Positions 11,241 through 24,872 of a DNA stretch of 64,000 nt are shown here, in pieces; within the stretch, counting starts at the first letter, position 1, and the number at the start of each line of letters is the position of its first letter. The position numbers were made by a program, and so were the translations under genes. The DNA lies in assembly GCA_030141605.1 (NCBI GenBank), contig JAQGDQ010000714.1:1-64000 (forward strand), read 5' to 3'. This DNA is from Tubiluchus corallicola (Eukaryota; Animalia; Priapulida). The notes below the pieces were generated by a model. It was not told where the DNA came from. It saw nothing but the letters and a program-made list of their open reading frames with translations, and searched no databases.

Positions 11241-12839
11241 ATGTAGTAAGCAGAAAATGCAATGTAATAAAACAAATTAAAATCTAAATCAGAAGTTACT
11301 GCAACACCCGGAAATGTAAACAACGCGATGATTCTGAATTGCAGGAATTAAAATGATAAAATAAAAGACAGTTTACAATAAAAAGAAGAAGAAAAAACGA
11401 CAATTTAATGGTAACCATTTGTCTGCATTGCATTAGCTGTTTCTCTCGGTTGTAATACAAGTTAACAGTTTTGAGAAAACCTGAGCCGATGTCGCTTGAA
11501 GATGAAAGTAGAAATAATGATGTTTGTCTGTCAGTTCTGTACATCATTCTGCGCTCCGGATTTATTTACACACGTCGGGCGGCTTTGGACCGGCTCGATA
11601 ATGCATCGTAATCGAACTTGTTTCGCGTAGCTACCGGCTGTAAACGCGTCGTGTCGACGACGATTTATTAGCGATCCCGGGACCAGCGAACCGCCGTCAA
11701 AGAAACAGAAAAAATCGTAAAACCTACACGGGATGTGTGTGTGCGACTGTGCGGTCAGTCAGGGTCACCCTTGAGGGCAGAATATCTCTGATTTACAGAC
11801 GTAAACATTATAAATTAGATGCCATCGTCTGGATTGTGGTACCGATTATAGGTAGAAAAATGTTAGGTAGAGAAATATATACGTATATATATCATCTTTA
11901 TTCGTACTTTAGTTGTATACTTTGTATAATATACTATATTTAGTTAATTAAAGCACAAGAAGACCTTCCACTTATATAAAGCTTAAAATATTCGTCTAGA
12001 AATTTTGTAACACTTACATACTGTCTTTTTGTGTGCAGCGCTTGGGTCGGTAGTTACACTGTATAAAACTTGCAAATTTAAACTTCCGCGATGACCGTTA
12101 GGCACAACCATTTTAATGGTAAGTCATTTGAAACAAGTTTAGATAACATTCAGTAAAGTTTAAAAAATAACCAGGGCATTCATAGCACGCATGTTACTAA
12201 TTAAGTAAAATTTTTAATTACTATATCTTGTCAATAAGATTTAAAATACGTTTATTTCATTGTTTGCGAGAAATGTTAGAAAGATTTAGTAATAAAACTG
12301 TTATAAGTGTTGACGTGAAGTTCGTCTCATAATTACTTCGCGTTTGATTAACTTGACTTGTGAATATTACACTGTTTGTCTTCTTGCTCATCTCTCTCTC
12401 ATAATTTTTTTCATCTCATTCCCTCCTTTTTTAGGCTTGTTACAACATTATTATAGCTTAAATTTCCCTCTAATCTTACTGTACTTATTTGCTTCTGAAT
12501 GACCTTTTACATTAATAGTGTTCTAGTTTTCTGTATTTAAGCTGTGTAAGACAGGTCTACCTTGAACATTTAGACCTGTGGGCTAGCCAGGCTAATTGTT
12601 CCGCTGTGTTTTAGTTTAATGGTATTTTAGTATAGATAATAATTATGTTATTTGATTCTGTGATTGTACCTGCTAGTATAGTTATTATAATATAATTCCT
12701 CGTGACTTGTTAATGATTGTGTTGTTTGATTCTTTGATTGTAAAAGCTAACAGGCTTAATAATTGTGGGCAAAATTTAATTCGGAACCAGCTCTCCCCCC
12801 TATTTTCTTGCCCATAAGTGTCTCGTGTAATTAGTAACA

Positions 12840-13102
12840 TCACTTTAAAGTAGCGGTCAATCACTCTCGGGGTCATTTGTACGCCGATTCCTCCACCAGT
12901 GACGTCACGTCGAAGTAGCGCACTGTTAATTTCCGTCAAAAGTATAATAAACCTTTACAAAAAATAGTTAATTTTGTGATATCTTTGCATGAAAATTAGG
13001 TAAGCTGCAGCAGTTTGAACTAGTGTAAGCAGTGCGCTTTTAAAAACTCACAAATTCCACCAGCTACGTCACAATTTTCAAAGTGAATTGAGGCAGTCAC
13101 TG
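12840..13102. mobile_element. Dispersed repeat, inverted homolog at ~54330-54640
   Basis: TTCCACCAGCTACGTCACAA...GAGGCAGTCACTG matches the reverse complement of CAGTGATTGCC...TTGTGACGTAACTGGTGGA. Confidence 0.65.
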
Positions 13103-14119
13103 CTCCTGAAAATGCCTGTGCAGCGGTATATATTGTGAGTCTACTTTACGGTTTTCAGTCAATTTTTTGGATTTTTTTGTTATATTTTTCTACGTTTAAG
13201 TGATAACAGTAAAATAAACCAAACATGGTAAGGTGTTTTCCTTTAATTAGCGACAGTCATACAAATGTGCATAATAAAACCTGCCTTTCGAAATTGTATG
13301 CCTGTCTAATGAAAACATGTCTAGTTGCTATAGGCCTAATTAGGGGGGTATCAAGACCTTACGACGCCCTAGACTGATAATTCTGTCCCACCCATCTCTT
13401 TTGTGATTCCATGATTGCCAATGTTCTAAACAATTATTTGTGGTGTATTAGAAACACTATTAATCTAGATTTGCACGGCGCTTTCATTTAAGCAGGCTGC
13501 ACAAGTGCTTGTTGTGTAATAAATTGCATGTGCTTGTAATAATGCGAAACCTATATAGAAGCTACTGCCTTGACTGTATGTGGTGTGTTATAAAATGAAC
13601 CATTTAGATAAATATGAACGTACGCACCTTTTCAAAGAGAATAAGAATTTTTTCTAAAATGTGACGCCCCACAAACTTCAGCGCCCTAGCCTGTATCCTA
13701 CTTAGCCTATTGGTTAATACGCCCCTGGACCCAATTGAAAAAAAGCTTCAAATGCGGTGTTCCTAGGACTTCGGTTTAACCTTCAAACTGATGAGTGGAT
13801 TCACAGTGATTTGTGGCCATCAAAGTTTCATCAAGAGTTTTATTACAGTACTTAGGCATCGTTAAACGAAATAGACGCTTTATTTGATGTTATTAGAAAA
13901 ACATTTTATGCTAATTTATTTCACCAAATTTATTAATTTATTTAAGACTGCTGTCTTCTACATATAGTGTCTATGTGACATTTACTGCTTGTTTTATTCA
14001 AATAATCCTATCTGAAACATGAAAAATAAAACAAACAACTACTATGAATTATCTACTACTGATTTTTTTAAAGCAAAATGAATATGATTTTCATCAGCGT
14101 ATATATGTTTCCATCGCAT

Positions 14120-14580
14120 ATAATATATATATATATAAGAATCTTTATTTGCCATAAAAAATCGATATTCACAACTATAAAAGCATAAAAGAACATCGCA
14201 GCATGAGAATAAAATTAACACAACTGTTAAAGGCAAATGCGTCCAGTGCAAACTAAAAACTACTGTGCCAAAAATTTAAAACAAAATATACATTATAATA
14301 TTACACGGAAATTAAAATAGACTATATACAATATATACTTATAATTTAAAATGGACGTGGGTAAATAAAATTTGTGGATGAATATATATTATCGTTTACG
14401 TATGTTGGGTTTTCAAAACGATTTAATGTATGTATTTTTCATTTTGATTTGAATTCGTCAAAAGACTAGATTTGTTTTAAATTTGATGGCAGGGTATTCC
14501 AATGTCTGGACAGAATTTCGTTGTAATTTGGGTAATTTTTAGTGTAATTTAAAGAGCTTTTACTACTAATATGTCCAGTA
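14120..14580 (-). mobile_element. LINE 3' end with (TA)n tail; related copy at ~22215-22600
   Basis: Minus-strand HWNTLP motif; shared CAAATGCGTCCAGTGCA segment; AATAAA and TA tail. Confidence 0.6.
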
Positions 14581-15169
14581 ACAATACTGTAAATTGAATG
14601 TCCATGTTCAACTAATTGTCGCTAGCAAATTGATTGTAATTATTGCAATTGCAGCACTCCAGTCTCCTAAGGATATTTTCAGCTTCCATTAAGTGAAAAA
14701 AATGCATGCGATTATTTGTAAAAAAATAGAAAATTTTCATAACCCACTAATATAAAACTCAAGTTTGTGGTGTGTAAGTTTACACGTTGAGTTGAATAAA
14801 CTATTTATCTTAAAATGAAAAACTTATGATGACTGTCTGTAAAAAGATTTTTTTGTATTTAATGAGCTCTTAATATCACGTACCTGCACTTTTATATTTG
14901 TTATGTTTGCATATCCTCGAGTGGCCAGGCATCAGTGCCTTTAATAAGGAGGTGGCGGCCTCGCGCGTGACTAAACGAATCTACTTGGCTTCCTTCTTTC
15001 GCGATACTTATTTCTCTGATGCCCAGTGACTGTAATATCAATGTTTTGAAACGTTATCCTTTTCTGCAAATCTAACGTAAAAATTGCAAAATTCTGATTC
15101 TTAGTTCGCACTTTCAATCACAATGCACTTGCAATGCTTTTAATATATTTTATTCGCTTCTGATAAATG

Positions 15170-15805
15170 CCCATTAGTCGAATATTGCACTCCTGTCTGG
15201 ACTCCTTACCTTCTAAAGGATATAGATCTTGTGGAAAATATTTCACACGCAGACTCTTTGCTGGATAAAATTAAACTCCACGTCATACCTGAATGGATAA
15301 TCAATACTCAAATTGGAACCCCTAAAATTAAGACGCATTTTAATGTACGATAGCATAATTCGTGGTGATATATCAATCTCGAGTGAATCTTTTTTTAACT
15401 TTTCACCACTTGCAAATATTACAAGGGGCCACCATTTGAAATTACAAGTGAATAAAGCTCACTTAATTGCTTCAAACATTTCTTCAGCCACAGAGTTGTA
15501 AGTAATAAACTGCCATCATATGTGAATGATGTTCCAACTGTAAATGGTGGCAACCGAAACTTATTTAAAAAACGGCTAAGTCATGTTGATTTTAGCAAAT
15601 TTTTACTTTTTAGCAGATACTTGTAAGCAGCTATTTTAGTTCTTTGTGTTTTTTACCGTAATCTTCTACTTATATTATTATCATCACTTTGTTTTAATTT
15701 ACACTGTTTTTGTAGTGGTCCTTTATTATTTTATTTCACTTTTTAACTGGCTTGTCACTCATGTATTGTACTTTGAATATTAAGAAATAAAAAAATAATA
15801 ATTAA
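15170..15805 (+). mobile_element. CR1-clade LINE 3' fragment; related 3' end at ~42755-43022
   Basis: EYCTPVWTPYLLKDIDLVE and TRGHHLKL motifs, frameshifted; A-rich end. Confidence 0.8.
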
Positions 15806-15887
15806 ATAATTGCGTACTAATAGACAACTAAATTTCACCAAATAGATTAAATAAAATATTTAGCTCATTTATAATTTTTGTGCGTTT

Positions 15888-16307
15888 CAGATACAATTAT
15901 AGATACAGTTACAGATACAGTTATAGATACAGTTACAGATACAGTTGTAGATACAGTTACAGATACAGTTATAGATACAGTTACAGATACAGTCATAGAT
16001 ACAGTTACAGATACAGTCATAGATACAGTTACAGATACAGTTATAGATACAGTTTCAGATACAGTTATAGACACAGTTTCAGATACAGTCATAGATACGG
16101 TTACAGATACAGTTATAGATACAGTTTCAGATACAGTTATAGACACAGTTTCAGATACAGTTATAGACACAGTTTCAGATACAGTTATAGGCACAGTATC
16201 AGATACAGTTATAGATACAGTATCAGATACAGTTTCAGATACAGTTATAGATACAGTATCAGATACAGTTATAGATACAGTATCAGATACAGTTATAGAT
16301 ACAGTTT
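15888..16307. repeat. 12-bp minisatellite (AGATACAGTTAY)
   Basis: Direct inspection. Confidence 0.95.
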
Positions 16308-16942
16308 CGCAAAACAAAATCAGGAAAACCAACATTTCGCCCTCCAATGTTTAGTGTTTAAAAATGTGGTTTCATTCATTTTATGGAAACTCCGTATGGA
16401 CAAGCTTTGGAATCTTTAGTCCATTCTTTTTTTAATTCTGATTTCTTATTTCAGGCAAAAGCTGTGGATTTCGCTCGCTTAGGTCTACAAAACAGAAAGA
16501 TTATAATCATCACCCGTGGACAACGCGGAACAGACGCTACACACTCGAGTCACGTACATCCCACTCGGTATCTTCCTTATTTAACATTCACGACTATACC
16601 TATTTATAGTATTTTACTAGCCATAAACAGGTTGTAAATTTTGAAATACTAATTGCACCTTTGTACCCGTGAACAAATGACCAGATAGTTTAAAGGCGGT
16701 TCAAGAAGAAATTCTTTTATATCAAAATAACACGCCGGGCAGTTTAGTTATTATAATTTTATAACCCTTTTTCTACTCTGCGACATAATCGTAATAATAG
16801 GTGTGTTTTGATTTATAATCATTAAAGCAATTGCCGCCGCTTTCTTCCAAATTTTACATTCGCTTTTTGTAGTTTATGAACGAAATCTTTTCCGTTTTTA
16901 ATATTTTCAAAAATAGTACTGATCCTTTTAGAATAGATTAGA

Positions 16943-17270
16943 TTTATAGTTAAAAAACACAACTTTATTAATAATAAATTTTTAATTTACATAGTTTAGA
17001 AATCATCTAAAACGTTTCGACAGAGCTACTGCTGTCATCATCAGTGGTAAATTTTTACAAACATACAACCAGTTTATATAGGCAGAGCCTACAGTATAGA
17101 ACATTATATATAGATTATGTATTTAACAGAAGCCAAATAGGTAATGATTAAGCAGACCAGTAGAAAAGCAATTGATACAGTAAATTATGCACTAATTGTG
17201 TATTTACAAAAAGCCGAATAGGTAATGAATAAGCAGACTAGTAGAAAAGAAATTATTACAGTAACAAATA
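16943..17270 (-). mobile_element. Penelope-like element 3'/pseudo-LTR fragment
   Basis: Inverted homolog of ~19500-19710; contains a hammerhead core. Confidence 0.75.
17008..17048 (-). ncRNA. Minimal hammerhead ribozyme (Penelope type)
   Basis: Minus strand: ACCA-CTGATGA-TGACAGCAGTAGCTCTGTC-GAAACGTTT; stem II GACAG/CTGTC. Confidence 0.7.
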
Positions 17271-17817
17271 GCTAAGTGTTTGAAAATAAAGTAAAAGGAA
17301 TTGTTGTACATTAAGAAACGGCTTATTAGGGTATATAGATAAAATTTTTTATTAGATTAGATTAGATTTATTTCTCACAAAAAGTAATGTACATTCAATG
17401 ATACGTAACAATAACTACAAAATGGCTTGCTAGAAAAAACCAAATAGTTACAATAAAATATTTCAATGTTTGCTGAAAAAAAATCTTGTGAGCACAACAT
17501 TGATAGTGAGAAAGGGTTAAGCAAAATAAGGCAGGGTCTAAAATTAGGGTGTGTATAGAGAAGAATGTGATTAGAGGGGGAGTTTAGTCAAGGGACTTTA
17601 AGTAACCTAACATTAATATCTACATTATATACAAAAAACTTCGAGGGGTCAAATACATAACAATATTTGTATATACATACATATATACATAATAATACTT
17701 ATATTACACATTATTCACTTGTCAAAATACACTTAAGCTATATGCATTGCATTATTTATATAAAACCTTTACCAAAATACGCATTTTTCGAATGACTCTT
17801 ACACCCTTTACTTTACG

Positions 17818-18302
17818 CAAAAATCCAGGACATATCGAATATAGTTAGGGACAATGATAATTGTGGATATGCTAATGAAATAGTTGGAATTACCCACAAC
17901 ATTTTAAGCATGAATTAACCAATTGTGATTCTATACGTATAATGTATAGTTATTTGAATGTGCTATAAAGAACTGTTGTCTAATATATGTGTAGAAACTG
18001 CAAAAATCCAGGACATAACGAATATAGTTAGGGACAATGATAATTGTGCATATGCTAATGAAATAGTTGGAATTACCTGCAACATTTTAAGCTTGAATTA
18101 ACAAATTGTCTAATATATGTGTAGAAACTGCAAAAATCCAGGACATATCGAATATAGTTAGGGACAATGATAATTGTGCATATGCTAGTGAAATAGTTGG
18201 AATTACCTGCAACATTTTAAGCTTGAATTAACCAATTGTGATTCTATACGTATAATGTATAGTTATTTGAATGTGCTATAAAGAACTGTTGTCTAATATA
18301 TG
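17818..18302. repeat. Three imperfect tandem copies of a ~130-180-bp unit
   Basis: GCAAAAATCCAGGACATA...GGAATTACC at ~17818, ~18000 and ~18130. Confidence 0.85.
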
Positions 18303-19189
18303 TCACATAACCTATACGCATTAACTATGGCTAGTATTTAAGTTATTTCACGTGAATGCCTCGCCCATCACATGTCTTGAATGCAATACAGCATCCAACG
18401 TACATCGTAAAACTTAAAATACTAGCTTTACCGGCAAACATCAATAGCTGGAGTACAACACGTATCAAACACGGGCAAGCCTTCACTATCATAAATTTTT
18501 ATGGTTTTTGCAAAACACCTTGCTCTATTGTAGACTGGATCGTAAAACAGAGCCGCTGCTAACTCGAGTTCTGCGTGTAATTTTAGGACTTTGTGAGAAG
18601 CACAACTGAACGCTGCCTCGGCGACAAGGACAAACCAAAAAGATTTGAGCATTTAGAAACATCAAAGACCGTGCCGCCAGGTAAAGAAGGTAAGTCATTG
18701 TTTTTTGCGATATTTATCTGTCTTTGCCTGTGTATGCATGTATACATGACTGCTTGCGTTCTTAGCTATGTGAGCTAGTCTTGGTCACTGCCTGCTATAT
18801 ACGCATGTGCAGACATACTAACAGTGTACAACGTACTATAATAATAATATAAAATATAAATACATATCACATAATTACAATTTATATAATACATAACTTG
18901 CCTATCTAACAAAAAACAGAAAATATCAAGATTAAAATTCATTTCCTGTCAGCATGTAAAGTTCTAAACTTTATCTTATAGCCAAAAACTTTTAATGATT
19001 TTACACATTAAATGTTTATGTAACTAATTGTAAAATTATGATATTAGTTTGTTTAAGTTAGAAGTTTCATATAAATGTGTTATTAAGTTAACTTACACCA
19101 TCGTTTCATAGGGCAAAATTGCAAATTTAACAACTGTTAACTTTCTTGTTTTTCATGTGTTTTTATAACAAAAATTTATTTTAAAAATA

Positions 19190-19710
19190 ATACAACGTCC
19201 AGCCATTTTAAAGTAAGAATTAGTAAATATTTGGGTAGTTCTTCTAGGACTGGCAAGAAATTAAAAAATTCTCTTCAGTCTAGCATTAATGACCATATTT
19301 GTGCTTCTGGCCTCAAAACTGACTTTGATAATTTCAATGTTACGACCACAGCTGCAAATATCTGGTACTTATTAATAAAAGAAAATTTATCCATGTACGC
19401 TAATAAACCTTCTCTTAATATGCAAAGTATTTCAATTCCTTTAATTTTATTCTCAAACGCTCAGCTGTCTGTTAGTGCGCCTAATTCTTTTGTACTGGTC
19501 TGTTTATTCATTACTTTGGCTTTTTTGTAAATACATAATAATTAGTGTATGATTTTCTGTACTTTAGGCTCTGCCTATTTAAACTGTTTGTTGTTTGTGT
19601 AGTGAACCACTGATGATGACAGCTGATTGCTATCGAAAACGTTTGGACGTGTTTTTAAACAGTTTCAAATTGAAGTTTTTAATAAGAGCTGTATTGTTTT
19701 AATAATAAAT
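19190..19710 (+). mobile_element. Penelope-like retroelement fragment: C-terminal part of GIY-YIG endonuclease plus 3' pseudo-LTR
   Basis: HFKVRISKYLGSSSRTGK...SSINDH...FDNF...LLIKENL...KPSLN...SIPLILF is the typical PLE endonuclease tail; hammerhead follows. Confidence 0.85.
19606..19647 (+). ncRNA. Minimal hammerhead ribozyme, degenerate (Penelope type)
   Basis: ACCA-CTGATGA-TGACAGCTGATTGCTATC-GAAAACGTTTGG. Confidence 0.6.
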
Positions 19711-20054
19711 GCTTTGATGTCCCTGTATGTTAGAGACTTATATTATAGACAAGAAATTGAATTATTTTTTTGCATCTGTAGTTCATTGGAAATAATTATA
19801 CTGACGTTGGAATGAAAATTAAAATTATTAATACATGTTTATCCGCATCATAGCAGTGGACACAAAACAACGCTTCTCGCTTGCTTGCGTCTTTGGAAAT
19901 CTTAATTTTGATAAGGACTCAGTTTTTCTTACAGTTCTCTCGCATGCTAACAAACTTTTAAGACAAGTATGAGTAGATTAGTCGTTAGAAGAAACTGGTT
20001 TGTAGCCACGAAAGTGAGGTTCATTATTTTTTATTTAAAAATGGTGTATTCTAT

Positions 20055-20300
20055 CGTGCAAATACTGGTAGATTTAAATTTTGAAGATTCCTTCACTTTT
20101 TCTCTCACCACACATATGCGAGGACATGACATTAAACTTTTTATCAATTATTCTAGCTTGAACTCGTATAAATCTTTTCAAACAGAATTTATGGTACACG
20201 GAATGACGTCAGTTCTGGCATTGTTAACTCACCCAGTCTGTCAGTTTTTAGTAGGAAGCTAACCGAGACCTGCTTGTTAAAATATTGCCATAGGTTTCCA
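20055..20300 (+). mobile_element. CR1-like LINE 3' remnant
   Basis: MRGHDIKL motif near the ORF2 end, degenerate. Confidence 0.5.
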
Positions 20301-21009
20301 TAAAACATTATTATCTTAGTTCAAGGATCTCTCTCAGTTTCGTCAAATTTACACGTTGTGTGTATTTTATTAGTTTTCTATTTCATCGTCTTTTTAATGT
20401 AAGTAATGTGAATTTTAGCCATTGTGTTTTATCCAATGTAAAGTGATGTATATTAATTTTGCAATACTGTAGTAGGTGGGATACTTCACAATAATATAGG
20501 CTGGCCTAAGAACTAACATAGCCTAGCAGTTTGATCTTTTATAAAATAATAGATATTTTGTAAATGTTCTTAATAACCAAATAAGTAAATAAATTGAAAA
20601 AATGTACTTATAAAATTACGTATACTATATAGGCGTGTGTAACATACTTGATTTCATTACAATTATTGTTACGTAGGCCTATTTGCTGTACACCAAACAT
20701 TTTAAACACATTCGAGATATTAGTGAACCCCTAAAGAAAAAATTAAGTTTTTATAAAACATTAAAATTAAGTGCCAAAAGACTTAAATTGACTGAAAGGT
20801 CAACTGATAATGTAATCTATATTAAATCCAAAATTTATCACCATCATGTTTATAGGCCTTCGTATGCGTCTACAGTAAATTGAGCCAAAGTTCAATAGAA
20901 AAGTCTTTAGGTCATTCTGTTTAATGGACCTATGCGTATAATATTGATATATTTCTAATAGTATAGTGTTATTTGATTTAATGACTATGGTTTCTGTAAT
21001 TAACCATAA

Positions 21010-21650
21010 TGATTATAACATGTTTCTAACATACATAAGCATTGTATGTCTAGAGAGCTACATAATAATTATAATATGCCTCTAATATACATAAGCGCTG
21101 TATATCTAGAGAGCTACATAATAGTTATAATATGTCTCCAATATACATAAGCATTGTACGTCTAGAGAGCTACATAATAGTTATAATATGTTTCTAACAT
21201 ACATAAGCATTGCATGTCTAGAGAGCTACATAATAATTATAATATGTTTCTAATATACATAAGCATTGCATGTCTAGAGAGCTACACAATAATTATAATA
21301 TGTCTCCAATATACATAAGCGCTGTATATCTAGAGAGCTACATAATAGTTATAATATGTCTCCAATATACATAAGCAATGTATGTCTAGAGAGCTACATA
21401 ATAGTTATAATATTTCTCTAATATACGTAAGCATTGTATGTCTAGAGAGTTACATAATAATTATAATATGTCTCTAATATACGTAAGCATTGTATGTCTA
21501 GAGAGTTACATAATAATTATAACATGTTTCTAATGTACATAAGCACTGTATGTCTAGAGAGCTACATAATAATTATTATATGTTTCTAATGTACATAAGC
21601 ATTGTGTTTTAAGAGAGCTACATAATAATTATAACATGTTTCTAATATGA
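21010..21650. repeat. 56-bp minisatellite (~11 copies)
   Basis: Unit contains CATAAGCATTGTATGTCTAGAGAGCTACATAATA. Confidence 0.95.
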
Positions 21651-22212
21651 TAAGGTGTAATGCACATTTTTTAGGCGACACACGTCTCTGTGTTTGTCAT
21701 CGTCATACAGAACTTACGTTTTTTATCATTCTCTTAATTGGCCTAATAATTACCCAATATTTCGGGTAATATCTTCAGGCATCTAATTTGATATAACACA
21801 GCGCAATTATTTTTTCTCGTTTCACTGAAATCACTGAAACGTTTTTCGAACCATTTTAGCTTTCATGCCTAGGCGTGGCTTTAAAAATGGTTCAACATCC
21901 GTCTTTGTGAAATCCATAAAATATTAACAGATTTCTTAAATGTCTGAATCAGGCTGAAGAATTATTTTCTAAATATATTTGTCTATTTAGTCATATAATC
22001 TTTGGTAAACAGTTTTACGTAACTGATTATTAATTACTTAGGTTTTAGAGCAAAAGAAATAGAATTACAATGTACGAAACATGGATGTTAAGTGTTAGTA
22101 ATGAGTTAAATAAATATTGATGTTAGTTTAGTAATAATCCATACAATCAATTGACGAAAAGCGGTGTGTTTTCATTGTCAAGAATAGGAAAATAAGATAG
22201 GAAATATATAAC

Positions 22213-22249
<37 letters not shown>

Positions 22250-22874
22250 TCTTTATTTGTCATTAAAATTGTTCACTCATTACAATAAAATTGAGAAAGC
22301 CTCAGTGTAATGTTAAAATAACAACACTGTTCAAGACAAATGCGTCCAGTGCAGACTAAAAAAAACTAAAGTGCAAAACTAAGGCCTATTTATATACAAT
22401 AAATGAACGTATTTACAAACACAATATTAAAATATTTTTACAAAACAATATTACAAATGTACATTAAATTTTACGTGACATATTTTACACTATATATACA
22501 TTTAACATGACACAATTAACAGAAACATGCTTTACATTTAGATAAATTTCACTCATTACATTTACACTATGTAATAAATATATGTAACATTTTGGTCACG
22601 TGGTTTAGTTAATGATAAATCTTCCGTTGATTACTCAAATTATTTATGTTGAAGAGGTAAACAGTTTGTTGATATAGCTGGGTTAGTTATTTCTTAAGGT
22701 TCCTTTTACTTACTGTACATAAGGAAGTGTAAATATTAAACAACTCTTTTTGTGCACGTGTGTCTTTTTGCACTAATGTTTTTCTTTTACTAATAGGTAC
22801 CATTACGACCTTTATTACTTTATTAGTAAAAGGTATAAATTAATTTAAATGAAATTATTCATTCATCGCAGCCT

Positions 22875-23145
22875 ATATCAAAATCGTAATTACATATTAT
22901 GTTTTCCTTATGTTTCCTTGCTATTATTACATCATTTACTTTATTACATCAATTTCATTGAGTCATCTACAAAAGCACGCATAACTTAATATATTTTTCA
23001 TTTTCATTTAAGTAAGGTGAGTGTGTTAATGACCGTATGGTCGTACACTCACCTCACACTACTCAAATCATTTTATTTATTGTTTATTTATGCGTACAAC
23101 ATTGTATTTTGGTGTGTGAAAATAAAATTCATAGTTCATAGTTCA
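22875..23145 (+). mobile_element. LINE 3' UTR with a single stem-loop and (TTCATAG)n tail; same family as 42005-42600 and 60775-63590
   Basis: GGTGAGTGTGTTAATGACCGTATGGTCGTACACTCACC followed by AATAAAATTCATAGTTCATAG. Confidence 0.75.
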
Positions 23146-24221
23146 GTCTAATTATAAATATTAAAGAAGTATGTATAATGACTTATCAAAGTTTACAAAA
23201 GTTTCGTTGCGTTTTCTTAGCTACATTGCTGGTTTTATGTAAAATGACTCACACATTCTTTAATGACCGTGGCAAATGGCTGCTGTGTTTTTATACAATT
23301 TGTAGAATTATAATTAAGTCACCTCGAGCCCTGGGCATCACCCTCAGCATCCGTATTACCCCGCCTTTGTAATTTCCATCAGCTCAGCTGCCCAGGTAAA
23401 CACAACCCAGAATGAATTACGACCTCGACGTGGACGACGTACAGCTACTCTTTCAAAGGTCACCCATCAGAGGCGCCCCCAAACGGTTGATTTATTGCAG
23501 GAAAGATTAATCAAGTGAGAGTCATTGCTCCGCCGGAGTCTGGGATCGTGTTTGAATTTGAAGGGAATGTTTTCTTACTCCCTGAATGCTTTGTTACTAT
23601 ACAGCTTGCACGACAATTGCGTTTTTATCAATACAGTCATATGATTCGAATTTTCATTATTTTCTCTTCTCTTTGTTCTTCTTTCCCCAGCCATGGCTTT
23701 GAAACTTCAGGAATATATTTTGACCACTCAATCTTCGAACATTTTCAGCAAATTCACTTATATCTATATCAACAAAATCTTCCAACACTGTTTGAATATT
23801 TGTACGGAGTTTTGTAAGCACGTGTTTTAAAGTTGTGTTTTTGAGTGGCGTTTCAGCCCTGGCTTTATAGGCTATTTTGGGGTAATGTCGGCCATCGGCT
23901 AATGTCGGCCATCCAGTTTTTATCCACTCAAATGAGGTCACGTGACACAGAGTGGCTTTTTATAGAATTATAAAGCATTTCTATAGCATATATACATATA
24001 CAGTATTTATAAAATATTAACGGAACTACATGATAAATCATTGAAAAAATTTGTAAATGTAGCCGAAATTATCCCAATGTGCACTAATACTTACAGAGGA
24101 CGCCAGAGCCTTCATCTCGAATCCAAAATGGCTTCGTCGTGACAAATCGTTAAAAAGGTAGATAAACGAAATACTAAAACAAACAATTATTACTCATAAT
24201 GTTGTTGTACAATAAATAGTA

Positions 24222-24872
24222 CAATTTAAACTATTTGTTACAATTTATAGATTTTGGTAGACTGATTTAAACTATTTGTTACAATTTGTAGATTTTGGTA
24301 GACTGATTTAAACTATTTGTTACAATTTGTAGGTTTGGGCCGACTGATTTAAACTATTTGTTACAATTTGTAGATTTTGGTAGACTGATTTAAACTATTT
24401 GTTACAATTTCTAGATTTTGGTAGACTGATTTAACCTATTCGTTACAATTTATAGATTTTGGCAGACTGATTTAAATTATTTGTTACAATTTGTAGATTT
24501 TGGTAGACAGATTTAAACTGTTTGTTACAATGTGTAGAATTTGATAGACTGATTTAAACTGTTCGTTACAATTTGTAGATTTTGGTAGACAGATTTAAAC
24601 TATTTGTTACAATTTATAGAATTTGACAGATTGATTTAAACTATTTGTTACAATTTGTAGATTTTGGTAGACAGATTTAAACTGTTTGTTACAATGTGTA
24701 GAATTTGATAGACTGATTTAAACTGTTCGTTACAATTTGTAGAAATTGATAGACTCATTAAAACTATTTGTTACAATTCATAGATTTTGGTAGTCTGATT
24801 TAAACTATTTGTTACAATTTATAGGTTTTAATAGACATATTTAAACTGTTACAATTTGTAGATTTTGGTATA
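24222..24872. repeat. 41-bp minisatellite (~16 copies)
   Basis: Unit TTTAAACTATTTGTTACAATTTGTAGATTTTGGTAGACTGA. Confidence 0.95.

Noticed and set aside
13341-13727. Possible hAT MITE with AGGGGxGTAT ends
   Set aside because: TIR short and imperfect, and no TSD found.
21712-21945. Minus-strand exon candidate between AG and GTAAGT as the next ECE exon
   Set aside because: Stops in all three frames and no M13 similarity.
23657-23941. 94-aa minus-strand ORF as a continuation of ECE
   Set aside because: No recognisable M13 motifs and no clear splice sites.
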